Origin: Trichechus inunguis
Taxonomy: Eukaryota
NCBI GenBank assembly: GCA_046562895.1
Contig: CM102164.1
Span: forward strand, 32,651,842 to 32,715,841
Length of the DNA stretch: 64,000 nt
Direction of reading: 5' to 3'
The position numbers and the translations under genes are program-made. The first letter of the stretch is position 1. Each line of letters begins with the position of its first letter. The notes under the pieces were generated by a model. That model ran no database searches and had not been told where the DNA came from. It was given only the letters and a program-made list of their open reading frames with translations. This document shows positions 1 through 11,175 of this stretch, one piece after another.

Positions 1-395
1 ATTTATTTTAAAGAATTGATTCACACAATCGTGAGGGGCTTGGCAAGTCCAAAATCTCTAGGTCAGGCAACAGGCTGGAGATTCCTGCAGTCTTGTGTCC
101 CAGATCCATAAGACAGGTGACGGGAAGAGTGAAAAGTGAGTGACTTCTGGGAAAATGTCTATTTATAGGGGAGACTCCTGTTTTGCTCTTAAGATCTTCA
201 ACTGATTGAATGAGGCCCACCTGCTTTATGGAGGGTCATCTGCTTTACTTGAAGCCAACTGCTTTCACATGTAACTACTCAATAACAGCATCTATACAAG
301 TGTTTGACCAAACAACTGGGAACCATAGCCTACCCAAGTTGACGCATAAAATTAATAATCACAATAAGGAATTTGTATTCTATTTGAAATGTAAT
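1..395 (+). repeat. Partial copy (5' end cut by window start) of a diverged SINE/LTR-like interspersed repeat related to the ~510 bp family seen at 14107, 48484 and 60026
   Basis: Shares the 'aagtccaaaatc…gattgaatgaggcccacc…ccaagttgac(a/g)cataaaattaa' architecture with the other copies; no coding signal. Confidence 0.3.
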
Positions 396-592
396 TAAAA
401 AAAATTACTCAAGCTATGAAGTGGAGAGGAGATTGGAGGTAGCAAAAGAGCAGATGTGAGAGACAAGTCAGGAACCTACAGTTGCCATGGTCCAGGTGAG
501 CCTGTGATGGCAGCCTAGATGAGGTGGCACAGTGGAAGGAAAAAAGTGGATGGATTCAGGCTGTATTTAGGGGATATTAATAACAGGAGAGG

Positions 593-775
593 GAGCCCTG
601 GTTGCATAGTGCTTGGCTGCAAACTGAAAGGTTGGAGGTTCGAACCCACCAACGCTTCTTGGGAGAAAGATGTGGCAGTCTGCTTCTGTAAAGATTTACA
701 GACTTGGAAACCCTGTGGGGCAGTTCTACTGTGTCTTATAGGGTCACTGTGAGTGGCAATACACTGGATGGCAAC
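593..775 (+). mobile_element. AfroSINE (tRNA-derived SINE with RTE-type tail)
   Basis: Head 'ggagccctggttgcatagtg…ggttcgaacccacc' (tRNA A/B-box-like); tail '…tagggtcactgtgagtggcaatacactggatggcaac' followed by a T-run. Confidence 0.8.
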
Positions 776-1187
776 TTCTTTTTTTTTTAAATTTATTGTG
801 TTTTAATGAAAGTTTACAGTGCAATTAGTTTCTCATTCAAAAATTTAATGCACATATTGTTTTGTGACAGTGGTTGCACTCCCCGCAATGTGTCAGTACT
901 CTTCCCCTTTCCCTTTCCACCGTAGGTTCTCTGTGCATTCGTCCAAATTTTACTATCTCTTGCCTTCTTCTATTTGCTTTTGGGCAGGTGTTGCCCATTT
1001 GGTCTCATGTACTTGATTTAACTAAGAAGCACATTCCTCACATGTGTTATTGTTTGTTCTTTAGGCATGTCTGTTTGGCTGAAAGGCGGACTTCCAGAGT
1101 GTCTTCAGTTTTGAGTTAGCAGAGTGTCCAATGGCCATAGTCTCAGTGGTTCCTTCATTGTCTGTCAGACCAGTAAGTCTGGACTAT
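776..1187 (-). mobile_element. L1 3'-end fragment (3'UTR only)
   Basis: Poly-T at 776-790 (poly-A on the - strand), then 'ttacag…tagtttctcat…ttgttttgtgac' typical of this L1 family's 3'UTR (cf. 1200-1500, 28741, 35500). Confidence 0.65.
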
Positions 1188-2368
1188 TTTTTTATTTTTT
1201 TTTATTGTACTTCAGGTGAAGGCTTACAGAACAAATAGTTTCTCATGAAACAGAAGTACACATGTTGTTTTATAACATTGGATAACAACCCCACAACATA
1301 TCAACCCTCTAACTTCTCAAAATCTTTTTTTTTTTTTTTTGGTGAAAATACACATAGCCAAAGATACACCGTTTCAAAAATTTCTACATGCACAGTTCAG
1401 TGACATTGACTATGTGCTTCTAATTGTGCTGTTATTCTCACTTAAGATGAAGGCTTACAGAACAAAATAGTTTCTCATTTAACAGTTACTACAAATGTTG
1501 CCCTATGACAGTGGTTAACAATCTCACAACACATCAACAATATCCTTACTCAACCTTGGGTTCCCTATCACCAGCTTCCTTGTCCCGTTCTGCCTTCTGG
1601 CCCTTGTCACTGGACTCCTGTACCTCGTTAGTCTCATTTGGTTTTATGGGGCTGTCCACTCCCAGGCTGAACGGTGAACCTCGGAGATAACTTCACCACT
1701 GAGCTAAAAGGGTGTCTGGGGGCCATACTCTCAGGGTTTCTCCTGTCTCCTTTAGGCCAGTAAATCTGGTCTTTTTTTTGTGAGTTAGAATTATGTTCTA
1801 CATCCTTCTCCAGCTCTGTCCAGAACCCTCTGTTGTGATCCTGGTCAGAGCAGTCAGTGGTGGTGGCCGGGCACCATCTAGCTGTACTGGACTCAGTCCG
1901 GTGGAGGCCTTGGTAGCTGTGGACAATTAGTCCTTTGGACTAATCTTTTTCCTTGTATCCTGTTCTCTTCATTCTCCCTTGCTCCCGAAGGGATGAGACC
2001 AGTGGAGTACCTTAGATGGCTGCTCACAGGCTTTTAAGACCCCAGACACTACTTACCAAGGTAGAATGTAGAGCATTGTCTTTATAAGCTGTGTCATGCC
2101 AAATGAGCTAGATGTTCCCCGAGACCATGGTCCCCAGAGCACTCCGCCCAGCAATTCAGTCCCTCAGGGAGTTTGGATGTGTCTGTGGGGCTTCCATGAC
2201 CTTTCCTAGTACAAGTTGTGCTAGTTTCTCCTGTATTGTGTACTGTCTCACCCTTCACACAAGATACCACTTATCTATTATCTATTTAGTATTTCCCCAC
2301 TCACTCCTCCCATCCCTGGTAACTAACAAAGATTGTTACATTTTGTGTGTGAACTTTTTCAGGGGTTT

Positions 2369-5300
2369 TTAGAATAGAGGTCTCATACAATATTTGTCCT
2401 TTTGTGATTGACTTATTTCACTCAGGATAATGTCCTCCAGTTTCATCCATGTCATGAGATGGTTCACAGATTCATTGTTGTTCTTTCTCGTTGCATAGTA
2501 CTCCATTGTGTGTATGTACCATAGTTTGTTTATCCATTCATCTGTTGATGGGCATCTAGGTTGTTTCAATTGTTTTGCTATTGTGAACAATGCTGCCATG
2601 AACATAGGTGTGCATATGTCTATTCGAGTGACGACTCTTATTTCTCTAGGATATATTCCTAGGAGTGGGATTGCTGGATCGAATGGTATGTCTATTTCTA
2701 GCTTTCTGAGGAAGCGCCATATCATTTTCCAAAATGGTTGTATCATTTTGCATTCCTACCAGCAGTGCATAAGTGTTCCGATCTCCCCGCAGCCCCTTCA
2801 ACATTTGTTATTTCCAGTGTTTTTGATTTGTGCCAGTAATACCGGGGTGAGATGGTATCTCATTGTGGTTTTAATTTGCATTTCTCTAATGGCTAGTGAT
2901 CGCGAGCATTTCCGCATGTGTCTGTTGGCCATTTGAATGTCTTGTTTGGTGAAGTGTCTATTCATTTCCTTTGCCCATTTTTTAATAGGATTATTCATCT
3001 TTTTGTGGTAGAGGTGTTGGATTTTCTTATAGATTATGAAGATTAGACCTTTGTCTGACTTGTACTGTCCAAAAATCTTTTTCCCAGTCTGTAGGTTCTC
3101 TTTTGACTCTTTTGGTGAAGTCTTTTGAAGAGCATAGGTGTTTCATTTTTAGAAGATCCCAGTTATCTAGCGTATCTATTGGGTTTTGTGAGTTGATGGT
3201 TATGGTTTGTATCCCGTTAATGCCATGTATTAAGGCCTGAAGTGTTGGTCCTATTTTTTCTTCTATGAACTTTATAGTTTTAGGCTTTATATTCAGGTCT
3301 TTGATCCATTTTGGAGTAGTTTTTGTATACGGTGTGAGGTATGGGTCATGTTTCATTTTTTTGCAGATGGATATCCAGTTTTGCCAGCACCATTTGTTAA
3401 AAAGACTGTCTTTTCCCCATTTGATGGACTTTGGGCCCTTGTCGAAGATCAGGTGACCATAGGTGGATAGATTTACATCTGGGTTCTCAATTCTGTTCCA
3501 TTGGTCATTGTATCTGTCGTTGTACCAGTACCAGGCTGTTTTGACTACTGTAGCTGTATAGTAGGTTCTGAAGTCAGGTAGAGTGCATCCTCCAACTTTA
3601 TTCTTTTTCAGTAGTGCTTTACTTATTCGGGGCTTCTTCCCTTTCCATATAAAGTTAATGATTAGTTTTTCCATCTCTTTGAAGAATGTTGTTGGTATTT
3701 GGATTGGGATTGCGTTGTATTTGTAAATGGCTTTGGGTAGAATTGTCATTTTCACAATGTTGAGTCTCCCTATCCATGAGCATGGTATGTTTTTCCATTT
3801 ATGTACATCCCTTTGGGTTTCATGCAGTAGTGTTTTGTAGTTTTCTTTGTATAGGTCTTTTACATCCCTGGCCAGATTTATTCCTAAGTATTTTATCTTT
3901 TTAGGGACTATTGAAAATGGTATTGTTTTCCTGATTTCCTTTTCATCATTGTCCTTATTGGTGTATAGGAATCCAACTGATTTCAGAATGTATATTTTGT
4001 ATCCTGCTCCTCTGCTGAATCTTTGTATTAGTTCCAGTAGATTTCTCGTGGAGTCTTTAGGGTTTTCTGTGTATAGTATTATATAATTTGCAAACAGGGA
4101 CGGTTTAACTTCTTCATTACCAATTTGGATGCCCTTTATTTCTTTTTCTTGCCTTACTGCTCTAGCTAGAACTTCCAGCACAGTGTTAAACAGGAGTGGT
4201 GATAAAGGGCATCCTTATCTTGTTCCTGTTTTCAAGGCGAAGGTTTTCAGCCTCTCTCCATTAAGAATGATGTTGGCCGTTGGTTTTGCATAGATCCCCT
4301 TTATTATGTTGAGGAATATCCCGTTTATACCTATTTTATTGAGAGTTTTTATCAGGAATGGGTGTTGGACTATGTCAAATGCCTTTTCTGTGTCAATTGA
4401 GATGATCGTGTGATTCTTTTCTTTCCTTTTATTTATGTGGTGGATTACTTTGATTGATTTTCTAACGTTGAACCATCCTTGCATACCTGGTATGAATCCT
4501 ACTTGGTCATGGTGTGTTATTTTTTTGATATGATGCTGAATTCTATTGGCTAGAATTTTGTTGAGAATTTTTGCATCTATATTCATGAGAGATATTGGTC
4601 TGTAATTTTCTTTTTTTGTGACATCTTTTCCTGATTTTGGTATCAGCGTTATGCTGGCTTCATAGAATGAATTTGGAAGTGTTGCTTCCTCTTCTATAGT
4701 CTGAAATAGCTTGAGTAGTACTGGTACAAGCTCTTCTGTAAATGTTTTGTAGAATTCTGCAGGGAAGCCATCTGGGCCAGGGCTTTTTTTGGTTGGGAGT
4801 TTTTTTATTACCTTTTCAATCTCTTTTCTTGTTATGGGTCTGTTCAGATTTTCAACATCACTTTGTTGTAGTTTGGGTAGGCTGTGTGTTTCTAGGAATT
4901 TATCCATTTCCTCTAGGTTTTCAAATTTGTTTCAGTATAGTTTTTCATAATATTCTGTTATAATCCTTTTTACTTCAGTTGGGTCTGTTGTAATGTCCCC
5001 CATTTCATTTCTTATTTGGGTTATTTGTGTACTCTCCTGTTTTTCTTCTGTCAGTCTGGCCAGTGGTTTGTAAATTTTGTTGATTCTTTCAAAGAACCAA
5101 CTTTTGGTTTTGTTGATTCTTTCTATTGTTTTTCTGTTCTTTATTTCATTTATTTCTGCTCTGATCTTTACTATTTACTTTCTTCCGGTGGTTGTGGGCT
5201 TTTTTTGCTGTTCTCTTTCTATTGGTTTGAGTTCTGTAGTTAATGTTTTGATTTTGTCCCTGTCTTCTTGTTTGATATGTGCATCTATTGCAATAAATTG

Positions 5301-6186
5301 TCCTCTGGGGACTGCCTTTGCTGTGTCCCAAAGGTTTTGTTATGATGTGTTTTCATTCTCATTTGATTCTAGGAATTTTTTAATTCTATTTCTGATTTCT
5401 TCTATTACCCAGTGATGTGTAAGCAGAGTATTATTCAGCTTCCATGTAGTTGATTTTTTTTCCTTGCTCTTTCTGTTGTTAATTTCTACCTTGATGGCAT
5501 TGTGGTCAGAGAAGATACTTTGAATTATCTGAACGTTTCGGATCTTGTTGAGGATTGCTCTGTGGCCTAAGATGTGGTTTATTCTGGAGAATGTTCTACG
5601 TGCATTGGAAAAGAATGTGTGCTTTGCAGCGGTTGGATGGAGTGTTCTATATATGTCTATGAGGTCAAGTTGGCTGATTGTGCCCTTTAGGTCTTCTGTA
5701 TCTTTGCTGAGTTTCTTCTTAGTTGTTCTGTTCTTTACTGAGAGTGGTGTGTTGAAGTCTGCTACTATTATTGTGGAACTGTCAATTTCTCTTTTGAATG
5801 TTGTTAGAGTTTATGTATTTTGGAGCCCTGTCATTGGGTGCGTAGATGTTTATTATGGTTATGTCTTAATGATGGATCATCCCCTTAAACATTATATAGT
5901 GTCCTTCTTTGTCTTTTATGGTAGATTTCGTTTTATAGTCTATTTTATCTGAGATTAGAATTGCCACTCCTGCTCTTTTTTGGTAGTTGTTAGTTTGATA
6001 TATTTTTTTCCAACCTTTGACTTTTAATAAATTCACATCTTTGTTTCTAAGGTGTGTCTCTTGTAGACAGCATATTGATGGATTCTGTTTTCTTATCCAT
6101 TCTGTCACTGTCTGTCTCTTTATGGGTGCATTGAGTCCATTTACATTCAGTGTAATTATCGATAGATGTGGGTTTGTTGTTGTCAT
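2369..6186 (-). pseudogene. L1 ORF2 (endonuclease-RT), disrupted by a few frameshifts/stops
   Basis: Collinear ORF pieces 2369-2746, 2798-2998, 3027-4181, 4215-4907 and 5866-6186 with L1 ORF2 hallmarks ([10 protein letters not shown]…, YIHTMEYY…). Confidence 0.8.
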
Positions 6187-6593
6187 TTTGTAGTGCTTTT
6201 TTTGTGGTGCTGAAGTTTTCTTTGTTCTTCTTACTCTCTTGTGCTGAGTTACTTTTGTTTGTGGATTTTTTTTTCATTTCTTTCGTTTTTGCTGAGACTT
6301 TATGTTTTTCCTCTTTTTTTTATGAGTATGTTTGTTAACTTTCTTTGTGGTTACCATAAATTTTACCTTTATCTTTCTAAGTTTGAAGCAGTGTACCATT
6401 ACTTGGTATTGCCTGGCCTTCCTCTCCATTAGAAGGTTCTATGCCTATGCCGTGTATTCCCTCTTTTATTGTTTTGATGTTGTTGTCCTTTACTGATTAA
6501 CTGCTCTGATGCCCTGTTGTATTTCTTTTGGTTTTGGATACTCCTCGAGAGTTCATTTCCTAGGTTGGTATCTGGCTGTTACGATCCTGCATC

Positions 6594-7592
6594 CTAGGTT
6601 CTGCCTGTGTGCTGAAGCTGTTTGTCCTCATATTGAAGAACTCCCTTTAATAATTCTTGTAAGTTTGGTTTGACTTTCACATATTCCCTTAATTTCTGTT
6701 TATCTGGAAATGTCCTAATTTCACCATCAAATTTGAATGAGAGTTTTGCAGGATATATTACTCTTGGCTGGCAATTTGTTTCTTTGAAGAGTTTATATAT
6801 GTCATCCCATTGCCTTCTTTCCTGCATGGTTTCTGTCGAATAATACAAGCTTAGTCTTATTGTTTCTTCTCAGTATGTGACTTCTTATTTTTCACGAGCT
6901 GCTCTCAGGATTCTTTGTTTGTCTTTGGTTTTGGCGAGTGTGAATATGATATGCCTTGGTGATTTTCTTTTGGGGTCTCTTCTATATGGGGTTCGTTGAG
7001 CTTCTTGGATGGCCAGCTTTTCATCTTTCATGATATTGGGGAAGTTTTTTGTCAGCAGTTCCTCAGTGATCCTCTCTGTATTTTCTGTTTTCTCCCCCTG
7101 TTCTGGAATTCCAGTCACTCGCAGATTTTTGCTTTTGATTGTGTCCCACATAACTCTCAGGGTCTCTTCATTTTTCTTTGTTCTTTTTTCTGAGTTTTCC
7201 TGAAACAGAGTTGTATCCAAGTGTTTGTCTTCAATTCCAGTGATCCTGTCTTCCACTGTTTCAAATCTGCTTCTCAGCCCTTCTATGACATCATCCATTT
7301 CTGAAATCTTGTTGTTTATCTTTTGGATTTCTAATTGTTGTCTTTGTATAATTTCTAGTTGTGAATTTATTTTGGCATTTTGTTCCTGAATTATTTTCCT
7401 GAATTCTTTCAATTTTTTGTCCGTATTTTCCATGAATTTGTCTATTTTTTCCCCATGTTTGTCAGCTTTTTGCCTCAGTTCTTGGAGAATTCTGAGTATT
7501 AGAGATTTGAATTCCCTCTCAGGTAGTTCTAGTGCATTTTCTTCCAGAGGACAGTCATCTGGTGTTTTATTTTGGACACTTGCTGGAACCAT
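6594..7592 (-). pseudogene. L1 ORF1 (nearly intact; one interruption near 6849-6884)
   Basis: 235-aa and 84-aa minus-strand ORFs with coiled-coil plus 'NLRVTGIPE…' and C-terminal '…YPAKLSFKFDGEI' ORF1 motifs. Confidence 0.75.
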
Positions 7593-8099
7593 CCTTTCCT
7601 GTTTTTGTAAATGTTTTGTTATTGTGTGCTGTCTTCGGGGATTCAGTAGTTATTTTTCTCATTTATTGATTGTAAATTTGTTTGTTTCATCCCTTTTTTT
7701 TAAAAAAAATTGACTATGTCTTTGCAGGCAGACTGTGTGTTCTTTGTTGTTTGCTCGTCTTTGGGCACAATACTTTTTGCCTCCTTCTTCAACTGGCAGG
7801 GTCATTCACTCCGATATGGTATGGCAGGGCAGGTCTAGCTGACGAGGAGTTACTGGGACGGGTTGTTTGTGGCACTTACTACAGGCACCAGGGCGGGTTG
7901 GTAATCAGTGCAGGGCAGGTTCCAGTAGGCCGTGCTTGTGGTGCTTGGTGGTGTGATGTCAAGCGCACAGTGCAGGTAGGCAGGATGCAGCAGGGAGATT
8001 GTTATGTGTGGAGCTCAGATGGATATGGGAGAGAGGAGAGAGGAACAGGAGGCAAAAACATACAAACAAACAAAAAAGAATGCTAGGGGAGCTTGCCGT

Positions 8100-9300
8100 T
8101 GGAGTGGAGAAATGAGAGACTATGAGATGGAGAAAAACAGAAAGGGGAGGAGGAAGAAAAGAAAAGAATGAATAGATAAGAATCAGAAAGGTTAAAGAAC
8201 CGCAAAGTTCCCAGGGATCGCACCGGTGCAGCTATGAGATCTGGGGATGTCTTTCTCAGGTGTTGCAGTACAGCCTGGCTACAATACCACACCAGGTATT
8301 CAGGGAACAGAAAGAGAAGGAAGATATAGAGAGACGAGAAACTGAGCAATGACGAAAGACAAAAAGGGAAAAAGAGGAAAAAGAAAACAAAACAAATTAA
8401 AAAAAAAAAACAAGAAAGGCCCCCAAAGAAACAGAAAAGAGGAAAAAAAAAATGTAAAAAGAAATGTCCTCAGGGATCCCTCTGCACGTCTGTGAAAGTT
8501 GAAGGGTCGTCTCACTGCCATGCAGCTCCGCCTGGCCAGAAAGTGCTCCCAACTCAAGAAAAGGAAAAGAAAACAAACAAACAATTTAAAACAAACAAAC
8601 GAACAAAAGCCCCGGGATCCCACCAGTGTGGCAGCCTAAACCGGGAAGTAGCTGCACACTTGAACGGAGCTCCGCAGCCCCTCAGGAAGAAGCAAAGATG
8701 GTGCACGGAGCCAGGTACTTGAGCAAAGGGAGGGAGAGGTGGCGAGAGGCAAGTAAGATGTCAAAAGAAGCAGAAAAAAAAATCCAACATTAGTAGCCAA
8801 CAAATGGCACTCAGAGAGCCAGCTAGTGCGGGCTGGTGTTTCTGGACAAGAGATTGTGTCTGTGGGAAGCAGAGGGGGCTGAGTGTGGGTGAAGAAGGGT
8901 AGAGAGTGGGAAAGCGTATATCACAAGTTCCCAGAGCTCTGCAGCCCCTCAGGAAGAAGCAAAGATGGCGCAGGGAGCGAGGTACTTGAGCTAAAGGAGG
9001 GGGAGGTGGGGAGAGGCAAGGAAGAAATAAAAAGAAGAGGAAAAAAAGCAACACCAACAGCCAACAATTGGCACTCAGATGGCCACCCGTTCGGGTGTGT
9101 GGAATCCAAGCAGCTGCTGTTTCCCGGTCAAGAGACCATGGCCGCGGGAATCAGAGGAGGCCGAGTCGAGGTGAAGAAGGGTGGGGGGTGGGAAAGCGTA
9201 TATCACCAATTACCGGTTGTTTTGTCTCCCGCTGGAAGCTCTGTAAGGCTGCTTTCTCGTACCCCCTGTTTGCTGGTCTCCAATAGGAGTCCAAGATAGC
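8100..9300 (-). repeat. L1 no.1 5'UTR monomer array (~260-270 bp units, 3-4 copies)
   Basis: The unit '…cagcccctcaggaagaagcaaagatggNgca…gggaaagcgtatatcac' recurs at ~8672, ~8928 and ~9197, with a more diverged copy near 8190-8330. Confidence 0.7.
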
Positions 9301-9540
9301 GGATCCGCACCGTGTTAGCTGGTAGGGGACCTCTGCATGAATCTCTCCTCGCTCTCCGTTCTCTGTCAGTTTTCTCACTCCATTTGGTTCTTGGCTGAGT
9401 TCTTTATCTCTTCATTTGATGTTTTAGGGTTTCAGGATTGTTGTATTCTCTGTTCGGCTTAGTTTTTCAGATCTTTGTTGTGGAGGGACAGTGTGGTGCT
9501 TCTGCCTAGAGCGCCATTTTGCCGGAACTCTCAGTCTGGT

Positions 9541-11175
9541 CTATTCTTGTGAATTTGAATTTTTTTCTATATTTTTCTCCCACTCTGCCTGGGACTCTCT
9601 GTTGTGATCCCTGTCTGACTGATTGGTGGTGTTAGCCAGGCACCATATAGTTGTTCTGGGCTCAGTCTCATGATGGCTGTGGTTCATGTGGTCCATTAGT
9701 CCTTTGGACTAATATTTTCCTTGTGTCTTTCCTTTTCTTCATTCTCCTTTGGTCTGAATGTGATGGGACCAATAGATGTATCTTAGATGGCCGCTCACAA
9801 GCTTTTAAGACCCCAGATGCTACTCATCCAAGTAGGATGTAGAACTTTTTTTTTTTATGAACTATGTTATGTCAATTGACCTAGATGTTCCCTGAGACCA
9901 TGGTTCCCAGCCCTCAGCCCCGGTAGCTCGGTCTGTCAAGGTGTTTGAATATGTCTGGGAAGCTTCTGTGACTTTGCCTTGGTCAAGTTGTGCTGACTTT
10001 CCCTGTAATGTGTATTGTCTTTCCCTTCACCAAAGTTAACAATTGTCTACTATTTAATTAGTGATTTCTCCTTCCTGCCCTTCCCCTCTCTTGTAACCAT
10101 CAAAGATTTTTTTTTTTCTGTGTATAAACCTGTTCTCAAGTTTTTATAATGTGGTCTCATGCAATATTTGTCCTTTTATGATAAACTTATTTCACTCAAC
10201 ATAATGCTCTCCAGATTCATCCATGTTGTGAGATGTTTCACAGATTCATCATTGTTCTTTATCATTGTGTAGTATTCCATTGTGTGTATGTACCATAATT
10301 TGTTCATCCATTCATTTATTCATGGGCTCTTAGGTTGTTTCCAGCTTTTTGCTATTGTGAATAATGCTGCAGTGAACATGCGTGTGCATATATTTTTTGT
10401 GTGACAGCTCTTATGTCTCTGGGATATATTCCTAGGAGTGGGATTGCTGGATTGTATGGTATTTCTATTTGTAGCTTTTTAAGGTGGAGGCATATCATTT
10501 TTCCACAGTGATCATACCATTTTACATTTCCACCATCAGTGCATATGAGAACCAATCTCCCCACAACCTCTCCAACATTTGTTATTTTCTGTTTTTTGAT
10601 TAGTGCCAGTAATCTTGGAGTGAGATGGTATCTCATTGTAGTTTTGATTTGCATTTCTGTAATGACTAATGAACGGAAGCATTTCGTCATGTACCTGTTA
10701 AGTGCCTGACTGTCTTCTTTGGTGAAGTGTCTAATCATAATCCTTTGCCCATTTTTTAATTGGATTATTTGTCTTTTGGTTGTTGAGATATTGAAGTATT
10801 TCATAGATTTCAAATATTTCAAATATTTTTCATAGCCAAAAATATTTTCCCAGTCTATAGGTTCTCTTTTTACTCTTTTGGTGAATTCTTTTGATGAGCC
10901 TATGTGTTTACTTTTTAGGAGCTCCAAGTTATCTAGTTTATCTTCTGGTGTTTGTGCATTGTTAGTTATTGTTTGTATTGTCTTTACGCCATGTATTAAG
11001 GCCCCTAGCATTAACCTTATTTTTGTTCCATGATCTTTATCGTTTTAGTTTTATATTTAGGTCTTTGATCCATTTTGAATTAGTTTTTGTGTATGGTGTG
11101 AGGTATGGGACCTGTTTCATTTTTTTACAGATGGACATCCAGTTTTGCCAGCTCCATTTGTCATGCGTCTGTCAG
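9541..11175 (-). mobile_element. L1 no.2, 3' portion (truncated 3'UTR plus ORF2 C-terminal part), split from its 5' portion by an RTE insertion
   Basis: 9541-10340 matches the L1 3'UTR segment at 1760-2500. ORF2 C-terminal ORF at 10352-11011 (-). L1 homology runs up to 'ccatttgtcatgcgtctgtcag' at 11175. Confidence 0.75.

Larger units (their letters stand above)
1188..9540 (-). mobile_element. Near-full-length LINE-1 (L1 no.1, ~8.3 kb): 3'UTR 1188-2368, ORF2 2369-6186, ORF1 6594-7592, monomeric 5'UTR 7593-~9540
   Basis: Poly-T at 1189-1210 marks the 3' end. Minus-strand ORFs cover ORF2 in order: C-terminus 2369-2746, RT 3027-4907, endonuclease N-terminus 5866-6186 ('MTTTNPHLSIITLNVNGLN…'). 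ORF1 coiled-coil/RRM ORFs at 6594-6848 and 6885-7592. Confidence 0.85.

Noticed and set aside
476-500. Consensus-looking splice donor 'ccag|gtgagc' at ~494 as a possible PARP4 exon 1 donor
   Set aside because: There is no CpG island, promoter motif or upstream exon context, and isolated consensus donors are common by chance. I keep it only as a remote possibility.
593-775. tRNA gene
   Set aside because: The tRNA-like A/B-box head is fused to a ~110 bp non-tRNA body and RTE-like tail with a T-run, so it is an AfroSINE and not a functional tRNA. The same applies to the other SINE copies.
3027-4907. Long ORFs of 384 aa and 230 aa on the minus strand as possible host genes
   Set aside because: These are clear L1 ORF2 reverse-transcriptase segments, transposon-encoded rather than cellular genes.
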